Origin: Candidatus Poribacteria bacterium
GTDB lineage: Bacteria > Poribacteria > WGA-4E > WGA-3G
Assembly (NCBI GenBank): GCA_965208245.1
Contig: OZ242325.1
Span: 1,493,878 to 1,557,877 of the forward strand
Reading direction: 5' to 3'
DNA: 64,000 nucleotides
Numbering within the stretch: position 1 is the first letter of the stretch; each line of letters begins with the position of its first letter. The notes under the pieces are model-generated. The model was not told the origin of the DNA. It ran no database searches and was given only the letters and a program-made list of their open reading frames with translations. Made by a program: the position numbers and the translations under genes. Of this stretch, positions 49,472 through 60,358 are shown in pieces.

Positions 49472-49765
49472 TTGCACATGTTTGATAGAATTCTAAACCA
49501 GATTCAAGAAAAAGTTCGTTCACGTGACTATGTGTTAACACTTCATGCTGAAGACGAGATGATAAATGATAGACTTACACATTTTGATGTGGAGAATGTT
49601 TTACTAACTGGCAGAATTGTAGGTAGACAAAAAGATCGTCAGACAGATGAATGGAAATATGTCGTAGAAGGCAGAACTTATGATTCAGAGATTGCCTGTT
49701 GTATCAAAGTTTACTTTCAGCAGGAAATTGATTATTATTACCGTTTATGTAAAATAAATACATAA
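49472..49765 (+). CDS. DUF4258-family putative toxin
   Basis: YVLTLHAEDEMINDRLTHFDVENVLLTGRIV...KYVVEGRTYDSEIACCIKVY. Confidence 0.6.
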   Translation: MHMFDRILNQIQEKVRSRDYVLTLHAEDEMINDRLTHFDVENVLLTGRIVGRQKDRQTDEWKYVVEGRTYDSEIACCIKVYFQQEIDYYYRLCKINT

Positions 49766-49787
49766 TAAATACATAAGGAGTCAAACA

Positions 49788-50030
49788 ATGATTTGCAATG
49801 TATGTGGAAAAGATGGAACGCGTCAACGCTACCTTACTCGCAGTTACGGTAAAGGAGAATCGCTCCTAATTATAGAAGATGTACCTGTAATCTGTTGTCC
49901 TCATTGCGGTGAGAGATATATGATTGCACAGACATTAGATCAAATTGAACACATAAAACGTTCACCAGAAGGTCTCGTAAAAAAGAGATCAGTACCAGTT
50001 GCAGCTTTCGAACAGAACATCTTTATATAA
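49788..50030 (+). CDS. YgiT-type (MqsA-N-like) zinc-finger protein, putative antitoxin partner
   Basis: CNVCGKDGTRQRYLTRSY...VPVICCPHCGERYM. Confidence 0.6.
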   Translation: MICNVCGKDGTRQRYLTRSYGKGESLLIIEDVPVICCPHCGERYMIAQTLDQIEHIKRSPEGLVKKRSVPVAAFEQNIFI

Positions 50031-50054
50031 TGAAGCAACACTTTCATAAATGCT

Positions 50055-50312
50055 ATGCATGCTGAAGGTATACCTTTAGGGTATTGGTATAACACCCCTA
50101 TGTATCGCTCAGCATTCCTGTCCTCTAATCTCTTTGGATGCGACAACATCTATAATGACGTACATTGTGCGGAAACCGAAAAGATTTGTCAAACAGGTCT
50201 TGCCTTAAGCCAGAGTGTATTGCTAGGGAATGAAGAAGATATAGAGGATATAATCAAAGCCGTTGCTAAAATCCGTAGGAATGTCGGTAAAATAATAGAA
50301 AATAATTCCTAA
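50055..50312 (+). pseudogene. C-terminal remnant of a DegT/DnrJ/EryC1-family aminotransferase
   Basis: GIPLGYWYNTPMYRSAF...CAETEKICQTGLALSQSVLLGNEEDIEDIIKAVAKI matches the C-terminus of that family. The N-terminal 300 aa are absent. Confidence 0.5.
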
Positions 50313-50403
50313 TTGAAAATTCCCCGCAAAATCTAAAATTAAACTATCCTTTTTACATAGAGATGACTCTATAATATCAAATACTTCTATTAAAAGGAGA
50401 ATT

Positions 50404-50976
50404 ATGATGCGTAATGAACGTGACACACAAAGGGAAGTTCGGAGAATCGTCCGAATGTTAGAAGCAACAACAAAACTGCTTGAGAAACCATCTGTTTTAG
50501 ACAATTTCGGAAATGGAGAAAACCGATGTATCAAACAGTTCAATAGGGCACTGGCCCGTTTTCATGATTTAGAAGCTTTACCAGAAGGACTTTTTGAACC
50601 ATTGGCTGATGATGCTTCTATCGGGGACATCGGGTATGCCTATCATCAAGTTTCTACGTATCTTAAAGAAGGTATAACAGTTGATTTCGACTATACCTTT
50701 AAGCAAGAGAAGGAGACTATCGGCAACATCATGAAAGACGTAGGTGAGGCAGTATCACGTACCATCTTCAGTGCAACAGAAACAGATTCTGATAGGCATG
50801 AATCTGAAGAACCGACTATAGATACAATAGAAATTGTTGATATAGATGAAGATGATGATTCAGATCCTATAGAACAACGCCTCAATAAATTAGAGGAACA
50901 GATGGAAAATGTTGTTGAGATTTTACAAGAACTCCGCGCAAAGAAGGACAAAAAGGATGGAAAGAAGAAGGATTGA
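50404..50976 (+). CDS. Hypothetical acidic protein
   Basis: ORF only, 190 aa. Confidence 0.4.
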   Translation: MMRNERDTQREVRRIVRMLEATTKLLEKPSVLDNFGNGENRCIKQFNRALARFHDLEALPEGLFEPLADDASIGDIGYAYHQVSTYLKEGITVDFDYTFKQEKETIGNIMKDVGEAVSRTIFSATETDSDRHESEEPTIDTIEIVDIDEDDDSDPIEQRLNKLEEQMENVVEILQELRAKKDKKDGKKKD

Positions 50977-51310
50977 CAGGAAACATACCGGGTGGAGTAC
51001 TGAGTTTTATTCAACTCTCATGTGGTTTGCAATGTGCGCTTTGAGATTAGATAAAAAACAGTCTACCTAAGTTGAATAATTCTCAGACTTCATCAAAGCG
51101 TGGTTCAGCATCAATCGTTCAGTATGTATGATTGATGCTTCGTAGAATCGGAACCTTTACCAATGCTTGAAAGAAGACATCCTTTGTCTAGACGACATGC
51201 GCTTGGGCGAATACGCGTTTGGCATTCGACATGATTTGTCGGGTTTCGTTACTCTACCCGATCTACAGAAAGGTGAAGTCATATCAATTAGAAACGGTAA
51301 TATTAGACAG

Positions 51311-53281
51311 CTAAAACTCTCGTTCTAAACCGTAGAATAGTTGGGGTTGTAAGGAGGGTGTGAAAGGAGGATCAAGAGGATAAGCCAGTTCAAAGCGAAA
51401 AATACCTGCATCAACACGGGCAAAACTACCACGAAGCCCAAATCCTATACTTCGCTTGACATCTCTGTAGTGAAAAGAACTGTATCTATCCCAGATATAA
51501 CCAAAATCAGCAAATACAGTCAGACTCAATACAAGACCAAGATCAACAGTCCGACCTTTGATAAACGGTCTTGATACGAAAGTTGCAGCCTTCGTAAGAC
51601 CATCATTGAGACGTTTAAAAAAGTCTCCACCGCACAACGTTCTACTTTCTAAACTCAACAGCATCATTTTCTCACCACTGAACTGACGGACTCCATATCC
51701 CCGTAAACCGTTCCCTGAACCGAGGATAACTTGACTTTGTCCACTCCAACCAAACTGCATCTGTGACCTATATTTCACTACGAAAATCTGTTGCATGTCA
51801 AATAATCCATTCTCGCGAAACCCGGTATCAACTCTATAAATGTCCCCAGTATTGAACACATCCATCAAGAACATCTCCCATCTGGATTCAAGGACAGATC
51901 GTTCTATCTTGTTCGTGAAACTTGCTATATACGCAATATAGGCTGTACCAAAGAACTTGTTCCGACTTACCCAACCAGAATCGAAGGATAGAGCCACATA
52001 AGATTCCACTCTATCGGAACCAAAGATCGGTGATGAATATCCTAATGATGCGTTGTATATTGAACCTGTAATAAAATACTCATCTCTTCCCATGCGTCTT
52101 AGAAATCGTGTTTGGTAAAACCCAACATTTTTCCGACCAAATATTACACCAATCCGTCTAATGTTCCTATTCAATAGTGCTGCTTCCGATCCAAAAGACA
52201 TCTCGATTGGAACAAACCTTGTGTCATAGGAATCTATCCATAGTCCAATATGGTTCTGATGATGTCTGTCTCCATAGTATCGCAGTATATTACCAGAAGA
52301 CTGATGTAATGTCTGTTCAAAAAGGTCAGTTCTCTTCCCATCTTCATACCATCGTATGAGATTAATCTGTTCTGATATCCCAAACCTCGCACTCCATTTA
52401 CTTTTCAAAGAGTATTGTGGACGTTCTATTTCCACTCCCCACGAATCACCCTCCTTTTTTTGGATGTATTCACCATTAAAGTTCCAATGTGTGTTGATTA
52501 AACGCGGCAACCTATATCTCAACGTAATAAGTCCGCGCGGTTTCTCTTCTAATTCAGTAATTCTCTCATAACTTATTTCACCGCCTTGTCCCGACCCGAA
52601 CAGATTAGATTCTTTTACCTGTGTAAGGAAATATCCAGATTGACTATTAAACCCTGGGTCAAATGCACCTGTTATTGAGAAGAATTCGGTAACGGATACA
52701 TGAATATTGACTTTGTTCGTTTCTTCATCCAACGCCGTTTCGATCTTCGCTGCGCCGATAAAAGGTTTCTGACTAATAATTCTCTCACTCTCTTTCCTAT
52801 CCGCCTCAACAAAAACATCTCCTTCCTGAAATAAGAGATCGCGTAAAATGATACTGTCCTTAGTTTTTGTGTTACCTGTGAGTGTTATATCCCCAATTAC
52901 GCCTTCATCAATTTCTATCCGTATAAAAACACCATCCTCATTTTGTATTCTTATCGGTTTTACTGACACTTTAGCATAGATATATCCTTTGGCATGAAGG
53001 AATCGCGTTATTTTTTTTGTATCCTCCTTCAATTTGTCAATATCATAAGGTTTTCCCGATTTTGTCTGCATCAGGTCAAGTAAAAGTTTCTGTGAAAACG
53101 ACTGGTTCCCCCTAACAAAGACACTGTGAACAAGATTCTCCTGTTCGGCGTATACGGGTTGAACATAAGTACCACATAATATAATCGCATAAAACAAACT
53201 GATACTTATGGATTTAGTTAATTTTAGGACGTTATGCTGTGTAAAACATTGCAAGGGATGTGCTACTGCAGAATACATCAT
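51311..53281 (-). CDS. Omp85/BamA-family outer-membrane protein (POTRA plus beta-barrel)
   Basis: POTRA-like VRGNQSFSQKLLLDLMQTKSGKPYD. C-terminus ...LFYGLEREF. Probable start MMYSAV at 53281. Confidence 0.7.
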   Translation of the reverse strand: MMYSAVAHPLQCFTQHNVLKLTKSISISLFYAIILCGTYVQPVYAEQENLVHSVFVRGNQSFSQKLLLDLMQTKSGKPYDIDKLKEDTKKITRFLHAKGYIYAKVSVKPIRIQNEDGVFIRIEIDEGVIGDITLTGNTKTKDSIILRDLLFQEGDVFVEADRKESERIISQKPFIGAAKIETALDEETNKVNIHVSVTEFFSITGAFDPGFNSQSGYFLTQVKESNLFGSGQGGEISYERITELEEKPRGLITLRYRLPRLINTHWNFNGEYIQKKEGDSWGVEIERPQYSLKSKWSARFGISEQINLIRWYEDGKRTDLFEQTLHQSSGNILRYYGDRHHQNHIGLWIDSYDTRFVPIEMSFGSEAALLNRNIRRIGVIFGRKNVGFYQTRFLRRMGRDEYFITGSIYNASLGYSSPIFGSDRVESYVALSFDSGWVSRNKFFGTAYIAYIASFTNKIERSVLESRWEMFLMDVFNTGDIYRVDTGFRENGLFDMQQIFVVKYRSQMQFGWSGQSQVILGSGNGLRGYGVRQFSGEKMMLLSLESRTLCGGDFFKRLNDGLTKAATFVSRPFIKGRTVDLGLVLSLTVFADFGYIWDRYSSFHYRDVKRSIGFGLRGSFARVDAGIFRFELAYPLDPPFTPSLQPQLFYGLEREF

Positions 53282-53285
53282 GATT

Positions 53286-55358
53286 CTAACCCAGAGTTGA
53301 CTTGCTTGCACGGTTAGATAAGTAGCTTTCAAAGAGCATACAACAGACAGCTAACAGCAACAGTTCACCCCATATTTCTCTACCATGTCGCTTGGTATCT
53401 AATGCTGCTGTGTCTAATTCACCTGACTCTTCTGCTGATACTTGCTGAGCGTAGATCTTTTCTGATGCAGTCTGCAGAGAAAATGGTGCTAAATCTGCTT
53501 CGGATATAGGTGTATTCACTGCAAAGAAACTACGGTAGAGTCTATCTTGGGTTTTCATATCGACTTGATAAATACCAGGCATTTCAGTCCTATTATATTG
53601 AATTACGCCATCTTCAGTTACGGGTACAGTAACTATCTGATTTTCCTCTATACCATCAACTTTTTTTATCTGAACAGTCATTCCACTGCTATTTGGAAAA
53701 CTTGATGTATAGGTATCACCTACATCAATATTCCTCTGTGTGTCAGAATATATTGAATATAGTACTGTATTCTGAATAAGCGGTAGAAAATAAGGATTGA
53801 TGAGAAGTTCATTATCTCCTGATTCTACATCAAATCCAACGTTAAAATATAGAATATGACTTCTTCCTTCACGTTGTGCAATCAGAAAGGGTGTACTGTC
53901 ACCGAAAGAAGCAAGAACCTTTGCATTCTCAGCTGGGGTTACCTGCATCGCCTGATAAAACTGTGGACCATATTGACCGGACAAGATGTCATCAGGAAAA
54001 ATGTCAAATATTGGATGATCGGCATCATAGTCCGTCACATGTTGGGGTATTTCCCATGATGTCCTTCCACTAACTACTACTGGTTCCCACGGCAGCTGGT
54101 AGGTAGTTGAAACAAAAGCGATTATGCTTTTACCTTGTCTGATAAATTCATTCAATTGTGCTTTAGCACGTGCAGTCAAGGACTCTACATCGGAGAGGAT
54201 AACGATGTCATAATCTTGAAGCGGAAACGACTCAAATTCTGCTTGTGTACAGGCAATAGGATGAATCATTGTTGACTTGAGTGATAAATCAGTCCTAGTC
54301 CTATTATATAAAGGATTTAATGCCAATTGCAAATAGTCAGTCTGTTCACCTACACAGAGTACCCGAATCTCTCCCAATACTTCAACTGCAAAATAGCGTT
54401 TATTATCCACATTCAAGCGATCCGATGTTAGCTCAAAGTAACCTATGTGAATACCGGGAGAAGAAAAGTTATGAGTGATGGTTGTTAAGACAAGTTCATC
54501 GGCATCAGCGTTAAATGTATGAGTCTGCTTCTTATCTTCTCCAATGTGAAATGTTAGAGTCGTTTGTGCTAGCCTTGTATTAGAACGATTAGTAATCCCT
54601 ACGTTTAATTGTATAGGTAAACCAACACCGATTAGTTGATGTGAAGGCGTAATTTCTTCAATGTTTGTATTGTGTGGGGTGTCTTGACCGACGGGTAACA
54701 GAAAAATTCGAGAACTAGAAACATTCGGTATTACGTCTACATTCGTCCATCCGTTCTGCCTGAAATCAGAAATAAGATACAACTCCTTAATTTGCTGTTG
54801 TGAATCTGACAGTATTTCATGTGCAAGTTCAATACTGGGGTGGACGTTTGTACCTCTATAGGATACTTCAGCTTCTTGTATCGTCTGTATCACACTTTCT
54901 ATATCTGGTGTAAGTTGTCGAAATTCTGGTCTGGCAATATCAGACATCAGAATCAACGCAGCAGAATCTCCATGTTGCAGCGATTTTAGTACATCTGTTG
55001 CAATAGATTTTGCATCTTCAAACCAGATTCCATCAACATCCTGGTATCCCATACTATAGGAGTTGTCTAAAACGATGGCGACATCAGTTTTTGCACGAAT
55101 TGAAGCAAGTGGTAAACCGAGTGTTAGAAATGGACGTGCTAACGCAAGCGCAATCAGTGCAACAATCAGCATCCTTAACAGAAGTATCAGTAGTTGTTTC
55201 AGTTGGAAACGTCGAACATTTTGCCGATGTGCTGTCACAAGGAACATCAGACTGCTAAAGTCAACAGTTACCGCTTGCCTTCTACTCCAAAGATGTATCA
55301 TCAACGGAATTGCAGCAGCAAATAAGCCGAATAGGAATAAGGGATTCAGAAAAGCCAA
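53286..55358 (-). CDS. BatA-N (double-TM) / VWA-like domain membrane protein
   Basis: N-terminus MAFLNPLFLFGLFAAAIPLMIHLWSRRQ...FSSLMFL resembles the Bat aerotolerance N-domain. AIVLDNSYSM VWA-like MIDAS. Confidence 0.6.
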   Translation of the reverse strand: MAFLNPLFLFGLFAAAIPLMIHLWSRRQAVTVDFSSLMFLVTAHRQNVRRFQLKQLLILLLRMLIVALIALALARPFLTLGLPLASIRAKTDVAIVLDNSYSMGYQDVDGIWFEDAKSIATDVLKSLQHGDSAALILMSDIARPEFRQLTPDIESVIQTIQEAEVSYRGTNVHPSIELAHEILSDSQQQIKELYLISDFRQNGWTNVDVIPNVSSSRIFLLPVGQDTPHNTNIEEITPSHQLIGVGLPIQLNVGITNRSNTRLAQTTLTFHIGEDKKQTHTFNADADELVLTTITHNFSSPGIHIGYFELTSDRLNVDNKRYFAVEVLGEIRVLCVGEQTDYLQLALNPLYNRTRTDLSLKSTMIHPIACTQAEFESFPLQDYDIVILSDVESLTARAKAQLNEFIRQGKSIIAFVSTTYQLPWEPVVVSGRTSWEIPQHVTDYDADHPIFDIFPDDILSGQYGPQFYQAMQVTPAENAKVLASFGDSTPFLIAQREGRSHILYFNVGFDVESGDNELLINPYFLPLIQNTVLYSIYSDTQRNIDVGDTYTSSFPNSSGMTVQIKKVDGIEENQIVTVPVTEDGVIQYNRTEMPGIYQVDMKTQDRLYRSFFAVNTPISEADLAPFSLQTASEKIYAQQVSAEESGELDTAALDTKRHGREIWGELLLLAVCCMLFESYLSNRASKSTLG

Positions 55359-55437
55359 TAGAAATTGCTCCTATTGCAGAATAATATAGAATTATAGGAA
55401 GTTAATAAGTAATGAGACAGTTCAGCACTTGTGGAAA

Positions 55438-55476
55438 ACTCCCGCGTAGGGACGAGGTCCCCTCGTCCGTCATGTG
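55438..55476. repeat. REP-like hairpin element (GGACGAGG-TCC-CCTCGTCC plus CGTAGGG flank)
   Basis: Same family as 7286-7428 and 22741-22800. Confidence 0.65.
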
Positions 55477-55763
55477 AGAAATGTATCATATTACTCTAAA
55501 ATTTCAATCACAAACTGATTGACTGTACGAAAAACACCTTTTGAAAGTTTGAGATTTACAACTCATTGTGATGCATGTCGCATGGGTTTCTTCCCGCTTG
55601 GAACAATCTGTGTTCTTAACATAATATCAACCTCCTTGGCTATACCAACTAAGGAAGTATCATCAAGAATAGTACTGATATGATACCATATACTGTCTGT
55701 TTCATTCTCTATCCTCCAATGTTTTTACATAAACCGCAGCGGGAGTTCAATTTGTTCCAATCT

Positions 55764-56339
55764 TCAATATTCTAAGGTTGCCATTGCAACTGTGTGTGTC
55801 TTATGTTGTTTTATCTTTTCATAGTTCCCAAAAACCGTGATGAAATTGCGTTTAATAAACTCTCTGAGTCCAGAGATAGTTACAACATATAGTTTCCCGC
55901 GTTTTTTCAGATATCGTTTTGCATCTGAAAGTAAGATATGAAGCATCTCCTTACCGACATTAGCGGGTAGATTTGAAACTATCACATCAAACTTCATCTT
56001 CGGAATATGACTAAATCCGTTACTCAAGAACACATTGCAGTTTGAAAGATGATTCTTTTTTACGTTTCTTGCTGTGTATTCTATTGCAACGAAATCCTTA
56101 TCCACCATATAGACATCTGAATTCTGTGCAATCTTTGCCATGACAAGTCCCATAGCACCATACCCGCACCCAAGGTCAAGGCATTGGTCATTTTCACCAA
56201 TTTCCATGTGATCAATCAGCAACTTTGTCCCCGCGTCTATCGTTTTCGGTGAAAATAGTCCCCATGTGGACGTAAAAGAGAGGTTAAATCCCCTCAAATT
56301 TGTTTGAAAGCAGATGTCCGCTTGTGTTCCGATTGTCAT
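55764..56339 (-). CDS. Class I SAM-dependent methyltransferase (MTS/RsmC-like small domain)
   Basis: LDLGCGYGAMGLVMA, VIVSNLPANVG. Confidence 0.75.
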   Translation of the reverse strand: MTIGTQADICFQTNLRGFNLSFTSTWGLFSPKTIDAGTKLLIDHMEIGENDQCLDLGCGYGAMGLVMAKIAQNSDVYMVDKDFVAIEYTARNVKKNHLSNCNVFLSNGFSHIPKMKFDVIVSNLPANVGKEMLHILLSDAKRYLKKRGKLYVVTISGLREFIKRNFITVFGNYEKIKQHKTHTVAMATLEY

Positions 56340-56361
56340 TGCAAAATCGTTGTTTCTTACC

Positions 56362-57720
56362 TTATTGTTGCAATAGTTTCACTAATTCTTCACGCGTAAC
56401 AGGTTTATCCAAGTCCATTAAATAGATCTGGAATGTGTCACTTCTATCCGAGACAAATGCAAGATATCGACCATCTGGTGAAAAAGCAGGTTGAATTGAT
56501 CTTCCTATCCCGCTGGTAATCTGCCGTTCATTTTTGCCGTTGCTGTCAACGAGGTATATTTCCCAGTCTCCATCTCTCGCTGACACAAACGCTATTGTCT
56601 TTCCATCAGGAGATACTGTCGGATTATAGGTATCGTATCGACTTGGATTGATATGTTTTTCATTCCTGCCATCAATATCAATCGTCTGGAGTTGATGTAC
56701 TTCGTTTCTTGATGAGACAAACACAATTCGTTTTCCACTTGGAAAGAACGTAGGGCTACCATCATCAATATCATTGTTCGTAATACGTTTCTTAGGGATG
56801 TCTGCTGGATTAAGCTGGGATAGATCTGTGGCACTCAAATCCATCAGGTAAATTTCTAAGTTTCCATCTGTATTGGTCTCATAGACAATATGGTTACCTG
56901 AAGGTGAAGAACGTGGAACACGAGCACCAAAACTGATTGGAAGGACGGGTTGCGTAACTTTACTGTGGATATGTGTGATGTTGAAACCCGTATAGATCGG
57001 GGTTGATCCACTGCTTTGAATGACTACCTTTACTTCACGAGAGGATTTCGGTTCACTACTATAGAAAATGTAATTAGGGTTGTTCAGAAAGGTTGGACTG
57101 GTGTCATTGTAATCAGTGGTATAGGTCAAACGTTGTTTAATCTGTCCATCCAGATTCATCAAGTAGATTTCACTATTATCTGTCCGAAATGATGAGAATG
57201 CAATTTCTGTACTGTCAGGTGAGAAAATCGGTGAATAGTTGTCAGAATTACCGAATGTAAGTTGTTTGGTCACATAACTGTCAACAACGAGTTGCATTAC
57301 TTTGCTTAAGGTCTTCTCGTCTGAAGTTGCTTTCTGGATTAAATTCAGAACTGTGAATGCGGATTTTCTATCACCGAAAATAAGATAGGTTCTTGCTAAC
57401 GCAAAACGAGCTACAATACGTTCTTTAGGTACAGAAGAATATAATAGGGATGCCTTTTTAAATTGGTCAACTGCATCGTGATGTCGACCTAATGCGTTAT
57501 ATGTATTTCCCAGTAACATCCTTGCTTGTGCGTTGGTTGGCTCAGACTTTAAAAAATCCTCCAAATGTTCCTTTGCTTCATGATGCATCTCAGACTGCAT
57601 AAGTACTTCAATCTTTTTCAGGGAGTCATTGCGACAAGAGACCATTGATATTGTCAAGAGGATACAAAGATTGAAAATACAAAAGCCTTTAACGCAACTT
57701 TTACGTTTTGGTCTGATCAT
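56362..57720 (-). CDS. TPR plus TolB-like (PD40) beta-propeller protein
   Basis: Repeated SPDG/SPSG..IAFVS...EIYLMDL PD40 motifs. Confidence 0.7.
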   Translation of the reverse strand: MIRPKRKSCVKGFCIFNLCILLTISMVSCRNDSLKKIEVLMQSEMHHEAKEHLEDFLKSEPTNAQARMLLGNTYNALGRHHDAVDQFKKASLLYSSVPKERIVARFALARTYLIFGDRKSAFTVLNLIQKATSDEKTLSKVMQLVVDSYVTKQLTFGNSDNYSPIFSPDSTEIAFSSFRTDNSEIYLMNLDGQIKQRLTYTTDYNDTSPTFLNNPNYIFYSSEPKSSREVKVVIQSSGSTPIYTGFNITHIHSKVTQPVLPISFGARVPRSSPSGNHIVYETNTDGNLEIYLMDLSATDLSQLNPADIPKKRITNNDIDDGSPTFFPSGKRIVFVSSRNEVHQLQTIDIDGRNEKHINPSRYDTYNPTVSPDGKTIAFVSARDGDWEIYLVDSNGKNERQITSGIGRSIQPAFSPDGRYLAFVSDRSDTFQIYLMDLDKPVTREELVKLLQQ

Positions 57721-57736
57721 CTTGAATCATATCACC

Positions 57737-58195
57737 CTAATCCAAATTGGGATTTAACTCCGCGTTCTCACTGTAGATTTGCCTACCTCGCCATCCATCA
57801 TAGACTGCATAGAACCAACATGTTAATCCCTGTATTAATGCTGTAACTTTCAATATCCATGTAGGTCGGAACATCAGTGCCTCTCCATTGTCAAGTGTCC
57901 AAAGGTGTATTGATCGATCTGTTTCTTCCGCTGTCCCTTGATTATCTGAAACAGATTTAAATCGCATTAAGTCGTCCCATCCTTTCACTGGATAGGAGTT
58001 AATGTAGAAAATACCTATAGATGAAATGTAGACAATAATGAGTATGAAACCTTTAATTGTGTTATTTAGGTATATCTGACCGAGTCCAGGCAGAACAGCA
58101 GACAGTATCATTGCAAAGTAAGAACGTTTTTGTAAAGGGTAGGTATAACCTTTTCTACTGTCGGTTGCGTTAATACCGGGTGTTGATTCTTGCAT
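57737..58195 (-). CDS. Hypothetical membrane protein
   Basis: ORF with hydrophobic segments. Confidence 0.4.
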   Translation of the reverse strand: MQESTPGINATDSRKGYTYPLQKRSYFAMILSAVLPGLGQIYLNNTIKGFILIIVYISSIGIFYINSYPVKGWDDLMRFKSVSDNQGTAEETDRSIHLWTLDNGEALMFRPTWILKVTALIQGLTCWFYAVYDGWRGRQIYSENAELNPNLD

Positions 58196-58198
58196 TTG

Positions 58199-58585
58199 CT
58201 AAACTTCTCCCTGTGCCACAAGGTATATACCAATGCAGATCAGTATGGCACCGATTATACGAACCATGGGGATGGTTTCTTTGAAAACTAACCAAGAAAA
58301 TGGAATAACCAATACATATCCAATACTCAGCATCGGATACGCTATACTTAATTTTACGCGAGATAGGATCACTAACCATACAAAAGTTGTGAAGCAGTAA
58401 ATTGAGATTCCACCCATAACATAAGGATTAAAAATAACCTGTGTCAGCTTAGATATGAGTTCTCGAAAATTGTTAATACGTCCGACCGTTAGGACACCTT
58501 TCTTTAGCAGCATCTGACCCACAACTGTTAACAAGACATTGAAGAACAGTAGTATATAATCTTTCATAAGACTATTATACCACAT
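58199..58585 (-). CDS. EamA/SMR-like small membrane transporter (ArnE-like)
   Basis: 128 aa, 4 TMs, LICIGIYLV. Confidence 0.55.
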   Translation of the reverse strand: MWYNSLMKDYILLFFNVLLTVVGQMLLKKGVLTVGRINNFRELISKLTQVIFNPYVMGGISIYCFTTFVWLVILSRVKLSIAYPMLSIGYVLVIPFSWLVFKETIPMVRIIGAILICIGIYLVAQGEV

Positions 58586-58774
58586 GTATCTCTGTTTTGC
58601 AATCTATGTAGAATCATTATTCTACATCTCGGCACGTGATTTGGATATTTTGTGTTGACATCTTTTTTTAACCTGCTATAATACTATCAGATTTCAACTC
58701 AATACTGACAGACAATTGAATATTGCTATTTTCGTTTTGAGGAATCAAGATATGGTGTGGAAAAGTCAAAATAC

Positions 58775-59065
58775 TCAACATAAAACTGTCATAGAGGATA
58801 GGATTGTCCCATCTCTTACTGCGGTTCCGGAATCCTGATGCCAACTAAACTTCATCCCCGCTTCTGCACCTTTGACGACATACTGTTCCCAGAAAAGATA
58901 TGCGGTATCACCCAATGTTGCGCGGCAGACATCTGCCATCAGGTCACTGAATAGAAATTCACGTAATTTGGGTTGTTGTCTAAAGCAGTTAGAGACAAAA
59001 TAACGTTTGTTTCTGTGATTTAGTCCAATAACCTCCTTGTTTTCCTGGTCCATCCGTGCTTCCAT
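58775..59065 (-). pseudogene. Fragment of a PhyH-family (phytanoyl-CoA dioxygenase-like) gene
   Basis: YLFWEQYVVKGAEAGMKFSWHQDSG (WHQD iron motif). Only 96 aa. Confidence 0.45.
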
Positions 59066-59200
59066 CTGAGTAATGAAGGTTCCTCACTCACCTCGTAACA
59101 ACTCCAAAAGATTGTCTGGAATTACCTTTTCCAAAATGAAATAACCTTCATCACGGTACAACTGTTTCTGTTCATCGGTTATGTTGATCAATTGCGTCTC

Positions 59201-60358
59201 CTATTCTATACGGATCTTACGCACAACCTGTCCGTTACTTTCCCAATAGGTTCGTTTTTTTGTGATGTAATCGGAATCCTCTGCAGGTTGTATGTTCCCT
59301 TTAGTGTCAATTGCCCTTGAGACTATGGTGTGTTCGCCTTTAGGTGGATTATCCCAATTGAGATGCCAAATTTTCCATGCCCATTCGGTAGAATTGGCAT
59401 TATCTTCTACAGGGTCGATTGTTGCCTCTTGCCAGGGGCCGCCGTCAATTCGGACTTCAACCTTTTTGATGGGAGCACCCCATGCTGCACCGTAGATGCG
59501 ATATTCGTCTCCAATTCGGGTAACTTTGGCGGTTAAGGATTTCAGCTTTGTCCTACCGACAGATGTCTCCATCCAAACAGATTCCCCATCAGGTCGTTTC
59601 TCCTCTCGTATCGTAACATAGTCACGTCCCATGAATCTGTTCATCAGTCGAGTATCTCGGATTTCAATACGTTTTAGCCATTTGACACAGGCGATGCCAT
59701 ACCACCCGGGTGCAATAAGTCGTAGGGGGGCACCGTTTGGTTGTGGTAAGGGTTCACCGTTCATCTCATAGCAGAGAATATTCGTTTCTGCTAATGCATC
59801 TTCCACGGACATACTTCGTGCAAAATTTTGCGGCATATCATTGCCTCGTCGTTTCTCTACACCGGAGTCATGTCCGAAAAATATGACTTCAATACCATCC
59901 TCTTGAATTCCAACTTCCTTGAGAATAGGAGCGAGTGGTGTTCCAGCCCATTTGGCATTCCCAATTGCGCCAGTAAATGTTGGAAACCCGTGATTTCCTG
60001 AACATTCTAATGTAAAGATGACATCCTGCTTTGGACGTGCTTTAATGTCATCAATCGTTAGCATCATCGGATTATCAACTAATCCGATGATCTCCAATTG
60101 CCAATGTTCTTGATCGATGACAGGTTTATTGTAGTGTGAAACATTAAAGAATTCGTCGTTTGGTGTGATGAATGAGTCTAATCTGCTCCAATCGAGTAGA
60201 CCGCGTTTTGCTGGTGATTCTGGAGGTTGATCGAGGAAAGGAATCAGTTCCTCGTTCTCACGTTTTGGAAACGCCTCAACACCCCACGGACTCAGCAGGA
60301 AACCGGTCAGCGATAACCCACTCATGCGTATAAAATCTCTACGATCCATTGCCACCAC
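59201..60358 (-). CDS. Sulfite-oxidase-family molybdopterin oxidoreductase with Tat signal
   Basis: MDRRDFIRMSGLSL twin-arginine. Oxidored_molyb and Mo-co dimerisation regions. Confidence 0.8.
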   Translation of the reverse strand: MVAMDRRDFIRMSGLSLTGFLLSPWGVEAFPKRENEELIPFLDQPPESPAKRGLLDWSRLDSFITPNDEFFNVSHYNKPVIDQEHWQLEIIGLVDNPMMLTIDDIKARPKQDVIFTLECSGNHGFPTFTGAIGNAKWAGTPLAPILKEVGIQEDGIEVIFFGHDSGVEKRRGNDMPQNFARSMSVEDALAETNILCYEMNGEPLPQPNGAPLRLIAPGWYGIACVKWLKRIEIRDTRLMNRFMGRDYVTIREEKRPDGESVWMETSVGRTKLKSLTAKVTRIGDEYRIYGAAWGAPIKKVEVRIDGGPWQEATIDPVEDNANSTEWAWKIWHLNWDNPPKGEHTIVSRAIDTKGNIQPAEDSDYITKKRTYWESNGQVVRKIRIE

